From Trueperaceae bacterium (GTDB lineage: Bacteria > Deinococcota > Deinococci > Deinococcales > Trueperaceae), in contig OZ243927.1 in NCBI GenBank assembly GCA_965213925.1, positions 2,944,001-3,008,000 on the forward strand: a stretch of 64,000 nt of DNA. Reading direction: 5' to 3'. The translations under genes and the position numbers were made by a program. Positions 37,368 through 47,401 of this stretch are shown here, one piece after another. The notes beneath the pieces are model-generated. The model worked only from the letters and a program-made list of their open reading frames with translations. It had not been told where the DNA came from and searched no databases. Positions within the stretch are counted from its first letter, which is position 1; each line of letters begins with the position of its first letter.

Positions 37368-37724
37368 TTGAAGCGTCTAATCTCTCTACTCGCTCTCACG
37401 AGCACCCTAATTTTAAGCGCCTGCGATCCGGCGGTTCGGGTTGAAAACAACGTCTTACCGACCCTCTACTCGACCAGCGTGCCGCAAACCCAAGGCGAAC
37501 CCTTGGTCTTACAAGGACGCTACTTCGGCGACGGCGGCGAGAACGCCGAGAGCTACGTCATCTTGGGAGCCGACATCAGCGGTCAGGGCGGCGTCGTCGT
37601 CAGGCCCGACGACTGGAGCCCTAAGCGTATCCGCGTGAACGTACCCGAAGGCGCAGGTGCAGGCTTCGTGTTCGTCGTGACGCGGGGTGTGCGCAGCAAC
37701 GGTCTGCCCGCGAACCTTCCCTAA
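37368..37724 (+). CDS. Small lipoprotein with IPT/TIG-like domain
   Basis: TTG start after AGGAGG; lipobox LSAC; LQGRYFG...WSPKRI.V.VP...G.V.V pattern. Confidence 0.75.
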   Translation: MKRLISLLALTSTLILSACDPAVRVENNVLPTLYSTSVPQTQGEPLVLQGRYFGDGGENAESYVILGADISGQGGVVVRPDDWSPKRIRVNVPEGAGAGFVFVVTRGVRSNGLPANLP

Positions 37725-37752
37725 AACCGACCTACATTACGTTAAACTAGTG

Positions 37753-37789
37753 AAGAAGAGGTGGTGAGAGCCGCCTCTTCTTTTATTTT
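37753..37789 (+). terminator. Intrinsic terminator
   Basis: AAGAAGAGGTGG / CCGCCTCTTCTT stem plus T-rich tail. Confidence 0.7.
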
Positions 37790-37848
37790 GCAATGTTTGC
37801 GTAGTGAACGCCTGAGGACGAGGGAGCTAGGTGTTAGACTCAACTCTT

Positions 37849-39099
37849 ATGAACTTCCAGACCGCCAGAGGCACCTTTGACATTCTACCCGAGGACCAAC
37901 CTCGTTATAGAGCGCTTTATAGCGCCGCCGAGCGGGTGCTCGGCAGCGCAGGCGTCCAGGAAATCGCTACGCCTATCTTTGAATACACGGAAGTCTTCAC
38001 TAAATCGGTCGGCGCGTCGTCTGACCTCGTGGTGCAAAAAGAGATGTACACCTTTGAGAAGGGCGAGCGCTCGCTCACCTTGCGCCCCGAATTCACGGCG
38101 GGCGTCCTGCGCGCTTATATCGAAAATGGGCTCTCCAGCCGCCGCTCGCCCGTCAAACTGTGGAGCAAGGGTCCGGTCTTTCGCGCCGAGCGCCCCCAAC
38201 GCGGCAGGTTTCATCAATTTCACCAGGTCAACTGTGAATTTTTGGGATTAGATACGCCTCTAATTGACGCCGAGGCAATTGCACTTCTCTACACGACTCT
38301 TCAGGAATACGGCCTTCACGAACTGCGCGTCAAACTCGGCTCGGTGGGTGACCCTGAAGATAGGGAGCGCTACAACGACTACCTGCGAGATGAACTGAAC
38401 ACCGCGGACCTCTCCGAGACCTCTAAAGAGCGCTTGCGCCTCAACCCGATGCGCATTCTTGACTCTAAAGATGAGGATGATAAGACGATCATTCAGGACT
38501 TGAAGCGTCCGCTAGACTTTCTCAACGAAGACGCTGCCGCGCACTTTGACGCGGTCAAGCGCTATTTGGATGCTTGGAACATTCCCTTCGACATAGACGA
38601 CAGCATCGTGCGTGGGCTCGACTACTACCGCCGCACCGCCTTTGAGATTCATCACGGGCGCATCGGCGCACAGTCCGCGCTTTGCGGAGGCGGACGCTAC
38701 GATGGCTTAGTCGAGAGCATGGGCGGACCTAAAACGCCCGGTATTGGCTGGGCGTTCGGCGCGGAGCGCGTGTTAGACGCCATGAACGAAGAGAACGTCG
38801 CCCTCCCAGGCGCACCGCGTCCTGCGCTCTTTCTCGTGCCGATGGATGAACTTGCTATAGAAGAGGTCGCCCGAACAGCGCTGATGCTCCGCCCTACCTT
38901 CTGGGTCGAACATGCGTATACTAAGCGCAATCCCGGCAAGGGGCTTAAAGAGGCAGACCGCGCCGGGGCACACTACGCCGCTCTGCGCGGCTCCAAAGAG
39001 CGGCAAGAAGGGGTTTACGGGGTGAAGCACTTGGAATCGGGCGAGCAAACGCAGGTGCCAGAAGATGAACTCGAGGCATTTCTAAAAACGCATACCTAA
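37849..39099 (+). CDS. hisS: Histidine--tRNA ligase
   Basis: RGTFD, LRPEFTAG, FRAERPQRGR, VRGLDYY, GGGRYDGL; start trimmed to ATG 37849. Confidence 0.98.
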   Translation: MNFQTARGTFDILPEDQPRYRALYSAAERVLGSAGVQEIATPIFEYTEVFTKSVGASSDLVVQKEMYTFEKGERSLTLRPEFTAGVLRAYIENGLSSRRSPVKLWSKGPVFRAERPQRGRFHQFHQVNCEFLGLDTPLIDAEAIALLYTTLQEYGLHELRVKLGSVGDPEDRERYNDYLRDELNTADLSETSKERLRLNPMRILDSKDEDDKTIIQDLKRPLDFLNEDAAAHFDAVKRYLDAWNIPFDIDDSIVRGLDYYRRTAFEIHHGRIGAQSALCGGGRYDGLVESMGGPKTPGIGWAFGAERVLDAMNEENVALPGAPRPALFLVPMDELAIEEVARTALMLRPTFWVEHAYTKRNPGKGLKEADRAGAHYAALRGSKERQEGVYGVKHLESGEQTQVPEDELEAFLKTHT

Positions 39100-39125
39100 A
39101 AGCAGACAGAGGTTACTGAGGACTT

Positions 39126-40931
39126 ATGAAACGAACACATATCTGCGGCGAACTGCGCCCTAAACACGATGGACAAGAGGTCACGCTTCAAGGTTGGGTC
39201 AACCGCATTCGCGATAAAAAAGTTATCTTTATTATTCTTCGTGACAGAAGCGGTTTGGTTCAAGTCGTTACTGAGCCAGGGCAAGCGGCATTTGAAAAGG
39301 CCAAGTCTTTACGTAGTGAATACATCGTTGAGGTATCAGGAAAGGTCCATTTACGTTCAGAGGGAGACCGCACTGACACGATTTCCACAGGTGACATAGA
39401 AGTCGTAGCCGACAGCATAACCATCCTCTCCGAAGCGAAAACGCCTCCTTTTCAAGTGGACGGGAGCGTGAACGCTTCTGAGGTGAACGAAGAACTGCGT
39501 TTAAAGCATCGCTACCTCGACCTGCGCCGCCCCGAGGCGCTGAACCCGCTCGTCTTGCGCCACAAAGTTTCTAAAGCGATTTGGGACTATCTAGATGGTC
39601 AGGGCTTTTTGCAGATCGAGACGCCACTTTTGACCCTCTCCACCCCGGAGGGCGCACGCGACTTCGTCGTTCCGGCGCGGCAACAAGCGGGCAGCTTCTA
39701 CGCGCTGCCACAGTCGCCGCAGCTCTTCAAGCAGATGCTGATGATGGCGGGCGCGGAGCGCTACTTTCAGATTGCGCGCTGCTTCCGCGACGAGGATTTG
39801 CGCGCCGACCGCCAGCCGGACTTCACACAGCTCGACCTCGAGATGTCGTTTGTAGACCAAGAGGATATTTTGGCGCTTAACGAGGCGCTCATGACGCATG
39901 TCGTCAAAGCCGCGACGGGGCGCGATATTGCGACGCCCTTTCCGCGCCTAACCTACCAGGACGCCATGAACCGCTACGGCTCGGACAAGCCCGACGTGCG
40001 CTTTGGCTTAGAGATGACGGACGTATCCGACCTCTTCACGGGCACCGAGTTCCGCGGCTTCGCCTCTGCTCTGGACTCGGGCGGCGCGATCAAGGTGCTC
40101 GCCGTACAGGGGGAGCAGTCGCAAGGCTTGAGCCGCAAAGTTTTGGGCGAGTTGGAAAGTCAAGCGAAGACCTACGGCGCAAAAGGTATGGCGTGGGTCA
40201 AGCGTAGCGGCGACGGAGTAAGTGGACCGGTTGCCAAGTTTTTGTCTGAGCAGGAGGTCACTAACCTCTTAGAGTATATTCCCGACGAAAACGACACCCT
40301 CCTCCTCGTTGCCGATACCTGGCGCACGGCCTGCGAAGCGCTCGGCGCGGTGCGGCTCAAGTTAGGGCGTGACCTGGGCTTGATGGGAGGTGGAGGGCTC
40401 GAGTTCCTCTGGGTGGTGGACTTTCCCCTTTTGGAGAGAGACGACGCAGCAGAGGGCGGGGGCGGCTACACCTACATGCACCACCCCTTTACTCGACCGC
40501 ACGAAGAGGATTTAGAACGCTTAGAGAGCGACCCCGCCAGCGTCCGCGCTTGGGCGTACGACCTCGTCTTGAACGGCTCGGAGATCGGCGGCGGCTCGCT
40601 CCGTATCCACCGTTTAGAGACGCAAAAGCGCATGTTCAAAGCGTTGGGCTTTTCTGAAGAGGAGGCGCAGGCTCGTTTCGGTTTCTTCTTGGACGCGCTC
40701 GCGTACGGCGCGCCGCCGCATGGCGGCATCGCTTGGGGCTTAGACCGCCTGGTGATGCTCTTAGCGGGCGCTGCTAGTTTGCGCGACGTGATTGCGTTTC
40801 CCAAAAATCAGCGCGGCGCGGACCCCTTGACGGGCGCACCTGCCGCACTCGATGAGGTACAACTCGGTGAACTCTTTTTGCGCGTACTGGATAGAAACGA
40901 ACAAGAAGGCGTAGACAAGGAGCCCGCATGA
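39126..40931 (+). CDS. aspS: Aspartate--tRNA ligase, bacterial type with GAD insertion
   Basis: [58 protein letters not shown]. Confidence 0.97.
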   Translation: MKRTHICGELRPKHDGQEVTLQGWVNRIRDKKVIFIILRDRSGLVQVVTEPGQAAFEKAKSLRSEYIVEVSGKVHLRSEGDRTDTISTGDIEVVADSITILSEAKTPPFQVDGSVNASEVNEELRLKHRYLDLRRPEALNPLVLRHKVSKAIWDYLDGQGFLQIETPLLTLSTPEGARDFVVPARQQAGSFYALPQSPQLFKQMLMMAGAERYFQIARCFRDEDLRADRQPDFTQLDLEMSFVDQEDILALNEALMTHVVKAATGRDIATPFPRLTYQDAMNRYGSDKPDVRFGLEMTDVSDLFTGTEFRGFASALDSGGAIKVLAVQGEQSQGLSRKVLGELESQAKTYGAKGMAWVKRSGDGVSGPVAKFLSEQEVTNLLEYIPDENDTLLLVADTWRTACEALGAVRLKLGRDLGLMGGGGLEFLWVVDFPLLERDDAAEGGGGYTYMHHPFTRPHEEDLERLESDPASVRAWAYDLVLNGSEIGGGSLRIHRLETQKRMFKALGFSEEEAQARFGFFLDALAYGAPPHGGIAWGLDRLVMLLAGAASLRDVIAFPKNQRGADPLTGAPAALDEVQLGELFLRVLDRNEQEGVDKEPA

Positions 40932-41734
40932 TTCCGCTCATCCTCCTAGATATAGACGGCACGCTCATCGGGTCGTCCGGCACGGTCAAAGACTGCGTGT
41001 GGGACGCTGCGGGTAAGGTGCGCGAAGCGGGCGTCCGGCTGGCGGTCTGCACGGGTCGTCCTTGTGGCGGCGTGGCGCAGAAGGTGGCGGCGCGGCTCGG
41101 TCCCTCGACGCCGCACATCTTTCAGAGCGGCGCGCTCATCACCTACCCCGACGGCGAAGCGGTGCAGGTCTACGCGCTGAAAGACGCCAACACAGAGCGT
41201 CTCGTCGAGCACGCCCGTGACCACAGCCTCACCTTAGAGCTTTACTCGCCCAACGCGCTCTTCGTCGAGCGCAAAACGCCCTTGAGCGAAGCGCACGCTA
41301 AGATGCTCGGCATGAGCGCCATCGTGCGCGACCTGATTGACGTGATGGAGAACGAGCCCGTGGTGCGGGCGCAGTGGGTCGTCTCGGGAGAGCAAGCCTC
41401 CACTGCGATGTCTTTGGAGTTGGAGACCGCCCAGTTCAGCCGCGCCACCTCGCCCGCACAGCCTGACACCTTTTTTATCAGCGTGACCCAAAAGGGCGTT
41501 TCGAAGGGGACGGCGGCGCGGCGGCTCGCTGAAGACCTCAAGGTGAATCTGGCGAACGTCATGGGCGTCGGGGACACTTCGGGGGACGCGCCGATGCTGG
41601 ATGTCGTCGGGCATCCTTTTATCATGGGCGGCGCGTCGGACGACCTCAAGGAGAAGTACGCGGTCTTGGATGATGTCGAGGCGTGCGGTGTGGTGGCGGC
41701 GCTGGAAAAGGCGCTCCAACTACCCGTAGCTTAG
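40928..41734 (+). CDS. Cof-type HAD-IIB hydrolase
   Basis: DIDGTL motif I, CTGR, SKG, GDTSGD. Confidence 0.9.
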   Translation: MIPLILLDIDGTLIGSSGTVKDCVWDAAGKVREAGVRLAVCTGRPCGGVAQKVAARLGPSTPHIFQSGALITYPDGEAVQVYALKDANTERLVEHARDHSLTLELYSPNALFVERKTPLSEAHAKMLGMSAIVRDLIDVMENEPVVRAQWVVSGEQASTAMSLELETAQFSRATSPAQPDTFFISVTQKGVSKGTAARRLAEDLKVNLANVMGVGDTSGDAPMLDVVGHPFIMGGASDDLKEKYAVLDDVEACGVVAALEKALQLPVA

Positions 41735-41905
41735 TGATGGGCAAGGCTCGAGCCACATTATGAGCGTACAAGCGTCGGCACAGCCTTTCACACCGGATTC
41801 TGCACATTGAGATGTCGAGCTTGACCAACTGATGCGCCCTCCACAATCCGATGCACCTAAACTCTGGGATGGGCTCGAGCTTTGTCGGCGAGCGCCACAC
41901 TAGCC

Positions 41906-42928
41906 ATGTCGCGCCGCGTCGTCCTCGCCCTCCTCTCTTCGCTCCTGCTGAGCGCCTTAGGCGTCGCACTCGTTATCGCGCTCACGGGCGAACGCGAAAG
42001 TTTAGCCCAACTCGGCTCGCTGAGCGCTCAGGCACTTCTCTCAGGACTCGGGCTGCTCGCGCTTCATTACCTTTCTGGCGGCGTACGCCTCGCTCTCCTA
42101 GCGCGGCTCTGCGGCGCGCCCGTTTCCGTCTGGCGCGGCGCGCGGGCGTTCATCTTAGGGCTCTTTTGCGCCGCGGTGACGCCGAGCGGCGGCGGCAACG
42201 CGCCCGCCATTGCGCTCTCCTTGCGACGTGACAAAGTGCCTAGTTCGCTCGCGTGGGCGCTCACCCTCTACACGAGCGTACTCGACTTGCTCTTTTTCGC
42301 GTGGGCCGTTCCCGTTGCGGCGTTCGTCCTCTACGTAGAAGGGTATCTGTCTCCGCTTCTACTCGGGGTAAGCCTCTTTTTCGCGCCGCTCTGTCTGCTG
42401 CTCTGGTACGGCCTCTCCTTCCAACTCGGACGGTTAAGGCGCACCCTCTTAGCCCTCTTCGCGTTGCCCTTTTTGAGGCGGTGGCAGCGCACGGCGGGGC
42501 GTTTTTTAGAACAGTTCGACGCCACCGCGCAGTTCATCGCGCGGCAACCTCTGGCGAATCAACTCTATTTACAGAGCGCGACGACCGCGCTGCACGGGAC
42601 GCTCTACGCGATCTTTTACGCGGTGGCGAGAGACTTAGGCTTGGACGTCACGCTGGGCGAAACGCTCGCGCTGCTCCTGCTCGTATCCATCACCTCGTAC
42701 GTCGTGCCGACACCGGGCTCGAGCGGCTACTTAGAGGTCGCTCTCACCTACGCCTTCGCCCAGAACGCAGACACCGCGCTCGTCATCCCCGCCGTGCTCG
42801 CTTGGCGCGGCATTAGCTTCTACCTCTCAATTGTCGTAGGCGCGCTCTTGGGGGGCGGCATCCTCGTTAGAGAGGTCTCGAGCGTCAAGGAAGCCGAAGA
42901 AGCAACCGAAGAGACCCGGCGGACGTGA
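41906..42928 (+). CDS. Lysylphosphatidylglycerol synthase TM / flippase-like protein (UPF0104)
   Basis: AVTPSGGG, PTPGSSGYLE, WRGISFY motifs; multi-TM. Confidence 0.85.
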   Translation: MSRRVVLALLSSLLLSALGVALVIALTGERESLAQLGSLSAQALLSGLGLLALHYLSGGVRLALLARLCGAPVSVWRGARAFILGLFCAAVTPSGGGNAPAIALSLRRDKVPSSLAWALTLYTSVLDLLFFAWAVPVAAFVLYVEGYLSPLLLGVSLFFAPLCLLLWYGLSFQLGRLRRTLLALFALPFLRRWQRTAGRFLEQFDATAQFIARQPLANQLYLQSATTALHGTLYAIFYAVARDLGLDVTLGETLALLLLVSITSYVVPTPGSSGYLEVALTYAFAQNADTALVIPAVLAWRGISFYLSIVVGALLGGGILVREVSSVKEAEEATEETRRT

Positions 42929-44187
42929 CGGGGCTGCGCCTCGCTCTCGCCAGTATCGAATACCCGCCCGACCCGCTCTCCTCCGGCATCGGGACGTACA
43001 CGAAAACGGTCGCGACGCTGCTCGCGAAAAGAGGTCACAAAGTCTTCGTGGTGACGAGAGGGTATGAGCGCGCGGATACCGTTACGGATGAGGACGGCGT
43101 CACCGTCTATAGGCTCACGCCTGCGCGACCCGAGTTGCCCGAACTCGGCGCGTTGCCCGTCGCCCGCTTAGCGCTGACGAGCTTAGCGGACGAGTGGCGC
43201 TACCGCCGCAAGGTCGCCCGCACGCTCCACGCACTCGTAGAACGCGAACACGTAGACCTCATCGAAGCCGCCGACCACACCGCCGAGGGAATGTTTTACC
43301 GCCCCGAGAGGCGTCCGCACGTTCCTTTTGTGGTGCGTCTTCACACGCCGCTGGCGTTTAGCGAAACGGTGGACGCGAACATCCCCGAGCTAGCGCGGCG
43401 CGGTGTAGGGTACCTAGAACGCCGCTTTTTACAGAAAGCTACCCACCTGAGCGCCCCCAGCCAGAGCGCGGCGGAGGCGTTTTTAGACCTTTTCAAGTTG
43501 GAACGCCCTGTCGCTATTTTCCCGAACCCCACGTCTTACAGCGCGCCCTACGAGGCTCGAGCGACGCTCGAAAGCGAAGATGACGCCAGCGTCCTCTTCG
43601 CCGGACGCATCACGCGCTGGAAAGGCGTGCATCTGCTCATGAAAGCGGTACCGCTCGTTTTAGAGCGCGTACCTGACGCCCGCTTTATCTTGGCAGGCTC
43701 CGCGCACGTTCCGACGCAGGGCTTTCCCTCGACTCAGGCGTATCTCCTCTCGCTTGTTCCCGAAGCGCACCGCAGCCGCGTCACCTTTTTAGGTCACGTT
43801 CCCCACGAGGAACTTACGCACCTTTACGAACGCGCCACGCTCTGCGTCTTCCCCTCGCTGTTCGAGGCGTTCGGCTACACCTGTTTAGAGGCGATGACGC
43901 TCGGCAAAGCCGTTATAGGTAGTCGCAATGGCGGTATGACAGACCTCTTGGACGGTGGGAGAGCGGGCAAGCTCTTCTCTCCGCCCGACGTGGACGAACT
44001 CGCGCAGCATATCGTCCGACTACTGCAAACTCCTTCGCTGCGGGTAGAACTCGGCAACCGCGCCCTGAAGAGGGTACAAGCGCATTACACTTCGGACACC
44101 GTAATGACGCAGACCGAAGCCTTTTACCGGCGAGCCGTCGCCGAGCGCCAGCGAGCGGACGCTGAAGGCAACTTCACACAACATTGA
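42925..44187 (+). CDS. Glycosyltransferase family 4
   Basis: EYPP...GIGTY, GRITRWKG, FPSLFEAFGYTCLEAM (EX7E). Confidence 0.92.
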   Translation: MTGLRLALASIEYPPDPLSSGIGTYTKTVATLLAKRGHKVFVVTRGYERADTVTDEDGVTVYRLTPARPELPELGALPVARLALTSLADEWRYRRKVARTLHALVEREHVDLIEAADHTAEGMFYRPERRPHVPFVVRLHTPLAFSETVDANIPELARRGVGYLERRFLQKATHLSAPSQSAAEAFLDLFKLERPVAIFPNPTSYSAPYEARATLESEDDASVLFAGRITRWKGVHLLMKAVPLVLERVPDARFILAGSAHVPTQGFPSTQAYLLSLVPEAHRSRVTFLGHVPHEELTHLYERATLCVFPSLFEAFGYTCLEAMTLGKAVIGSRNGGMTDLLDGGRAGKLFSPPDVDELAQHIVRLLQTPSLRVELGNRALKRVQAHYTSDTVMTQTEAFYRRAVAERQRADAEGNFTQH

Positions 44188-44279
44188 CCGTTCTGGTCGT
44201 AAGGTAGGAGAAACTTAGCGGTAGCGGATCACGTTATGCTGTGTTCACAAGTAGGAGTACGTCACCAGGAGTTTGTCAG

Positions 44280-45038
44280 ATGCCCACAACCATAGAACGC
44301 CCCAAAGACCAACAAGACGCCGTGAGCGCCCAAGCGCTCAGCAAGCGCTTTACTCTAGGCAGCGAGACCGTAGACGCGCTTATAGGCGTTGACCTCACCG
44401 TACCTAAGTCGGAGTTTTTGGCGGTGATGGGCCCCTCGGGCAGCGGCAAGAGCACCCTCTTACATATCCTAGGGCTCTTGGAGCAGCCCGACAAGGGCGA
44501 GGTCGTCTTGGACGGTCAGGTGACGAGCCACCTAAACGACGACGCGCTTACCCAGATTCGCCGCGAGCGCTTGGGCTTCATCTTCCAAAACTTCGAACTC
44601 ATCCCGAACTTGAGCGCCAAAGAGAATATCCTGTTGCCCGCAGAGGTCGCTGGACGCAAGAAGGAAGCGGAGCGGCGGTTAGAGAACCTAGCCGCGCAGC
44701 TCGGGTTGGAGAACCGCTTACACCACCGCCCCAACCAGCTTTCCGGTGGTCAGCAGCAGCGCGTGGCGATTGCCAGAGCGCTCATCAACGAGCCCGTCGT
44801 CATCTTGGCGGACGAGCCCACGGGCAACCTCGACACGAACACGGGCAACGAAGTGTTGGAACTTCTGCGGCGCGGCGTCCAAGAAGAGGGCTGGACCGTC
44901 ATCATGGTCACGCACGATCCCAAAGCCGCGCTTTTCGCCGAGCGCATCATCTTCTTGCGCGACGGGCGCGTCGTCGGCGAAACGCGCACGGACGATACCA
45001 ACGCGAGAGGTCGAATTGAGAATTTTGTCGGGGTGTAA
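44280..45038 (+). CDS. LolD/MacB-type ABC ATPase with no adjacent permease
   Basis: GPSGSGKST, GFIFQNF, LSGGQQQR, ADEPTGNLD; ATG 44280 after AGGAG. Confidence 0.92.
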   Translation: MPTTIERPKDQQDAVSAQALSKRFTLGSETVDALIGVDLTVPKSEFLAVMGPSGSGKSTLLHILGLLEQPDKGEVVLDGQVTSHLNDDALTQIRRERLGFIFQNFELIPNLSAKENILLPAEVAGRKKEAERRLENLAAQLGLENRLHHRPNQLSGGQQQRVAIARALINEPVVILADEPTGNLDTNTGNEVLELLRRGVQEEGWTVIMVTHDPKAALFAERIIFLRDGRVVGETRTDDTNARGRIENFVGV

Positions 45039-45083
45039 AGAAGTTTCGACTCCGTATCTCAGGCTTAGGCTAGCACAACCGAA

Positions 45084-45113
45084 AACGCCGTTCCTACAAT
45101 GGGGAACGGCGTT
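45084..45113. terminator. Hairpin terminator between convergent genes
   Basis: AACGCCGTTCC / GGAACGGCGTT 11-bp stem. Confidence 0.65.
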
Positions 45114-45132
45114 CTTGAAGTCGACCTCTTCC

Positions 45133-46026
45133 CTAACGCAGCAACCCCGACACCAGATTCTGCGCGGCGAAGTCTCGATCTAAGATGCCCGGTAAGCCGA
45201 GCGAAAAGCCGCCGACGAGCGCAAAGTCTAAACCTCTTCCCGCTTGTAACGTCGCCAGTTGCGAGGCGAGCGCAACCGGATTGATGTCCACCTGCAAACT
45301 CAGCGGCGCGTCTCCCCCAGCGGGCAACGCTTGCGTCACCGCTCGCCCGACGCCGACCCTTGCACCGCCTAGCCTCATATCCAGTTCGGGCGCGCGGAAG
45401 ACGTAGCCTAAAGGTGTGGGGTTGGACAGCTCGAGCCCTACCTCAACCGTCGCCCTGGTAAGCCCGACATCGCGCAGCCCCGACCTCTCGGAAACGAAAC
45501 GAATCTCGGGCGCAGCCAAGCGAATTGGCTGGGTGAGCGTGCCCGAGACGAGCGTCGCGCTCGGCAACGTTTGGCGCGTGCCCAAGACCTCTACAGCCAC
45601 CGTCCCGTCAACCCTGTAGCGCGTCGGCTCCCCGATGATGAGCCCCGCTAAGTCCGCGAGCAGGCTGACACCTCTTTCAAGCGGCACGTCTACCTCTAAA
45701 GGCAACCGAGTTGACCCGTTCGCCGCCAGCGTGAATCCTTCGGTAAATTGACTACTAACTGACCTCTTCCCATTGACAAAGAGGTCAAAGTCCAGCCCCG
45801 CCAACGAGAGCCTGAACGAATTCGGATTCTGCACCTCTAGGTTAAAGAGGAACGTCGCGCTCGGCGAGCCGACACCCGGCGGATTGAGGCGCACCAGCCC
45901 CGAGTCTTGAGTGAGGAGCTTAAACTTAGGCGCTTTGACGAGGTTGCTCGCGCCAGGAACGCAGGCGTTGAGGGGGAGCGCAAGCAGAAGAAGCGCGGTA
46001 ATCTGAACTATCGAGAGTCGTTTCAT
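45133..46026 (-). CDS. LEA type 2 (WHy) lipoprotein with two domains
   Basis: Lipobox LNAC; LEVQNPNSF and LELSNPTPL NPN-type motifs. Confidence 0.85.
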   Translation of the reverse strand: MKRLSIVQITALLLLALPLNACVPGASNLVKAPKFKLLTQDSGLVRLNPPGVGSPSATFLFNLEVQNPNSFRLSLAGLDFDLFVNGKRSVSSQFTEGFTLAANGSTRLPLEVDVPLERGVSLLADLAGLIIGEPTRYRVDGTVAVEVLGTRQTLPSATLVSGTLTQPIRLAAPEIRFVSERSGLRDVGLTRATVEVGLELSNPTPLGYVFRAPELDMRLGGARVGVGRAVTQALPAGGDAPLSLQVDINPVALASQLATLQAGRGLDFALVGGFSLGLPGILDRDFAAQNLVSGLLR

Positions 46027-46264
46027 GCGCCTAGCTTATCCGAGGCGTTTTTCGCATGGGTTGAAAAACCTTACGTTGCAACCTTTTGAGGCCTCGGTTC
46101 GCTAAAGTTCGCTGAGGGGTTGAGGTAGTCGAGTTTGAAATTATTGGCTAAGGGCAATGATACCTTTTATTTAACAAGAGGTAAAATTATTTCAAGACAA
46201 TCTGAAGTTAGCTTGCATGTTTTGTAGTTTGCACATTTCATTAACGTCGCAAAGCCACTTTACC

Positions 46265-46294
46265 TTGACGCTCTTTCTCGAGACCTGGTATATT
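46265..46294 (+). promoter_or_regulatory. Putative sigma70 promoter of the pyrimidine catabolism operon
   Basis: TTGACG-N18-TATATT with an extended -10 TG; AT-rich upstream region. Confidence 0.55.
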
Positions 46295-46460
46295 TGCACC
46301 TTACAGCGCGGGTGAGTTCTGTTACGCCTGCTACAGTTTAAGAGGTCTACACAGCTTTACAGCGAAATCGACGTGCGCGTATAATGTCGCATATTTACAA
46401 CCTTTCCTCTCAACGGCTGTAGACCTGCGCGGCTCTACAACCCATCCTTTTAGGAGGCAC

Positions 46461-47327
46461 ATGGCACGCACCGTTAAAGGCGGTTTGATCCAAGCGTCGA
46501 ACCCCATTCCAGGAGACAAAGACCTTCAGAAGATCAAGCAGGCGATGATGGACAAGCACATCCCGCTGATCGAACAAGCGGGCAAACAGGGCGTCGAGGT
46601 CTTGTGCTTGCAAGAGATTTTCTACGGACCTTACTTCTGCCCCTCCCAAGACAGTCGCTGGTACACCACCGCCGAGCCGATTCCCGACGGCGAGACCACC
46701 CAGATGATGATGGAACTCGCCAAGCAGTACGGCATGGTCATCGTCGTACCGATTTACGAAGAGGAGATGACGGGCGTCTACTACAACACCGCCGCTGTGA
46801 TTGACGCGGACGGTAAGTATTTAGGCAAGTACCGCAAGACGCACATCCCGCAGGTCGCGGGCTTTTACGAGAAGTTCTTCTTCCGCCCCGGCAACCTGGG
46901 CTATCCCGTCTTCGATACGGCAGTCGGTAAAGTCGGCGTCTACATCTGCTATGACCGGCACTTTCCCGAAGGGGCACGGGCGTTGGGGCTCAACGGCGCG
47001 GAGATCGTCTTCAATCCGAGTGCCACCGTTGCAGGGCTAAGCGAGTATTTGTGGCGGCTCGAGCAACCCGCCCACGCCGTCGCCAACGGCTACTTCGTCG
47101 GCGCTATCAACCGCGTCGGACACGAGGAACCCTGGGACATCGGCGAGTTCTACGGTCAGAGCTACTTCGTCAACCCGAGAGGTCAGTTCGTCGCCGAGGG
47201 CAGCCGCGACCAGGACGAACTCATCGTCGCGGATTTGGATATGTCGATGGTGCGCGAGGTGCGGGATTTGTGGCAGTTTTATAGGGACAGACGCCCGGAG
47301 ACGTATGACGAATTGGTGGAGTTGTAG
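46461..47327 (+). CDS. Nitrilase-family beta-ureidopropionase
   Basis: Glu-Lys-Cys triad motifs (LQEIFYGPYFC, YRKTHIP, ICYDRHFPE); leads the pyrimidine operon. Confidence 0.9.
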   Translation: MARTVKGGLIQASNPIPGDKDLQKIKQAMMDKHIPLIEQAGKQGVEVLCLQEIFYGPYFCPSQDSRWYTTAEPIPDGETTQMMMELAKQYGMVIVVPIYEEEMTGVYYNTAAVIDADGKYLGKYRKTHIPQVAGFYEKFFFRPGNLGYPVFDTAVGKVGVYICYDRHFPEGARALGLNGAEIVFNPSATVAGLSEYLWRLEQPAHAVANGYFVGAINRVGHEEPWDIGEFYGQSYFVNPRGQFVAEGSRDQDELIVADLDMSMVREVRDLWQFYRDRRPETYDELVEL

Positions 47328-47401
47328 GAGTGGCTAGTGAGTAGTGAAGAGTGACTAGATGCTGCTCTCCACTATTCACCCATCACTCTCCTACTTCTAC
47401 T

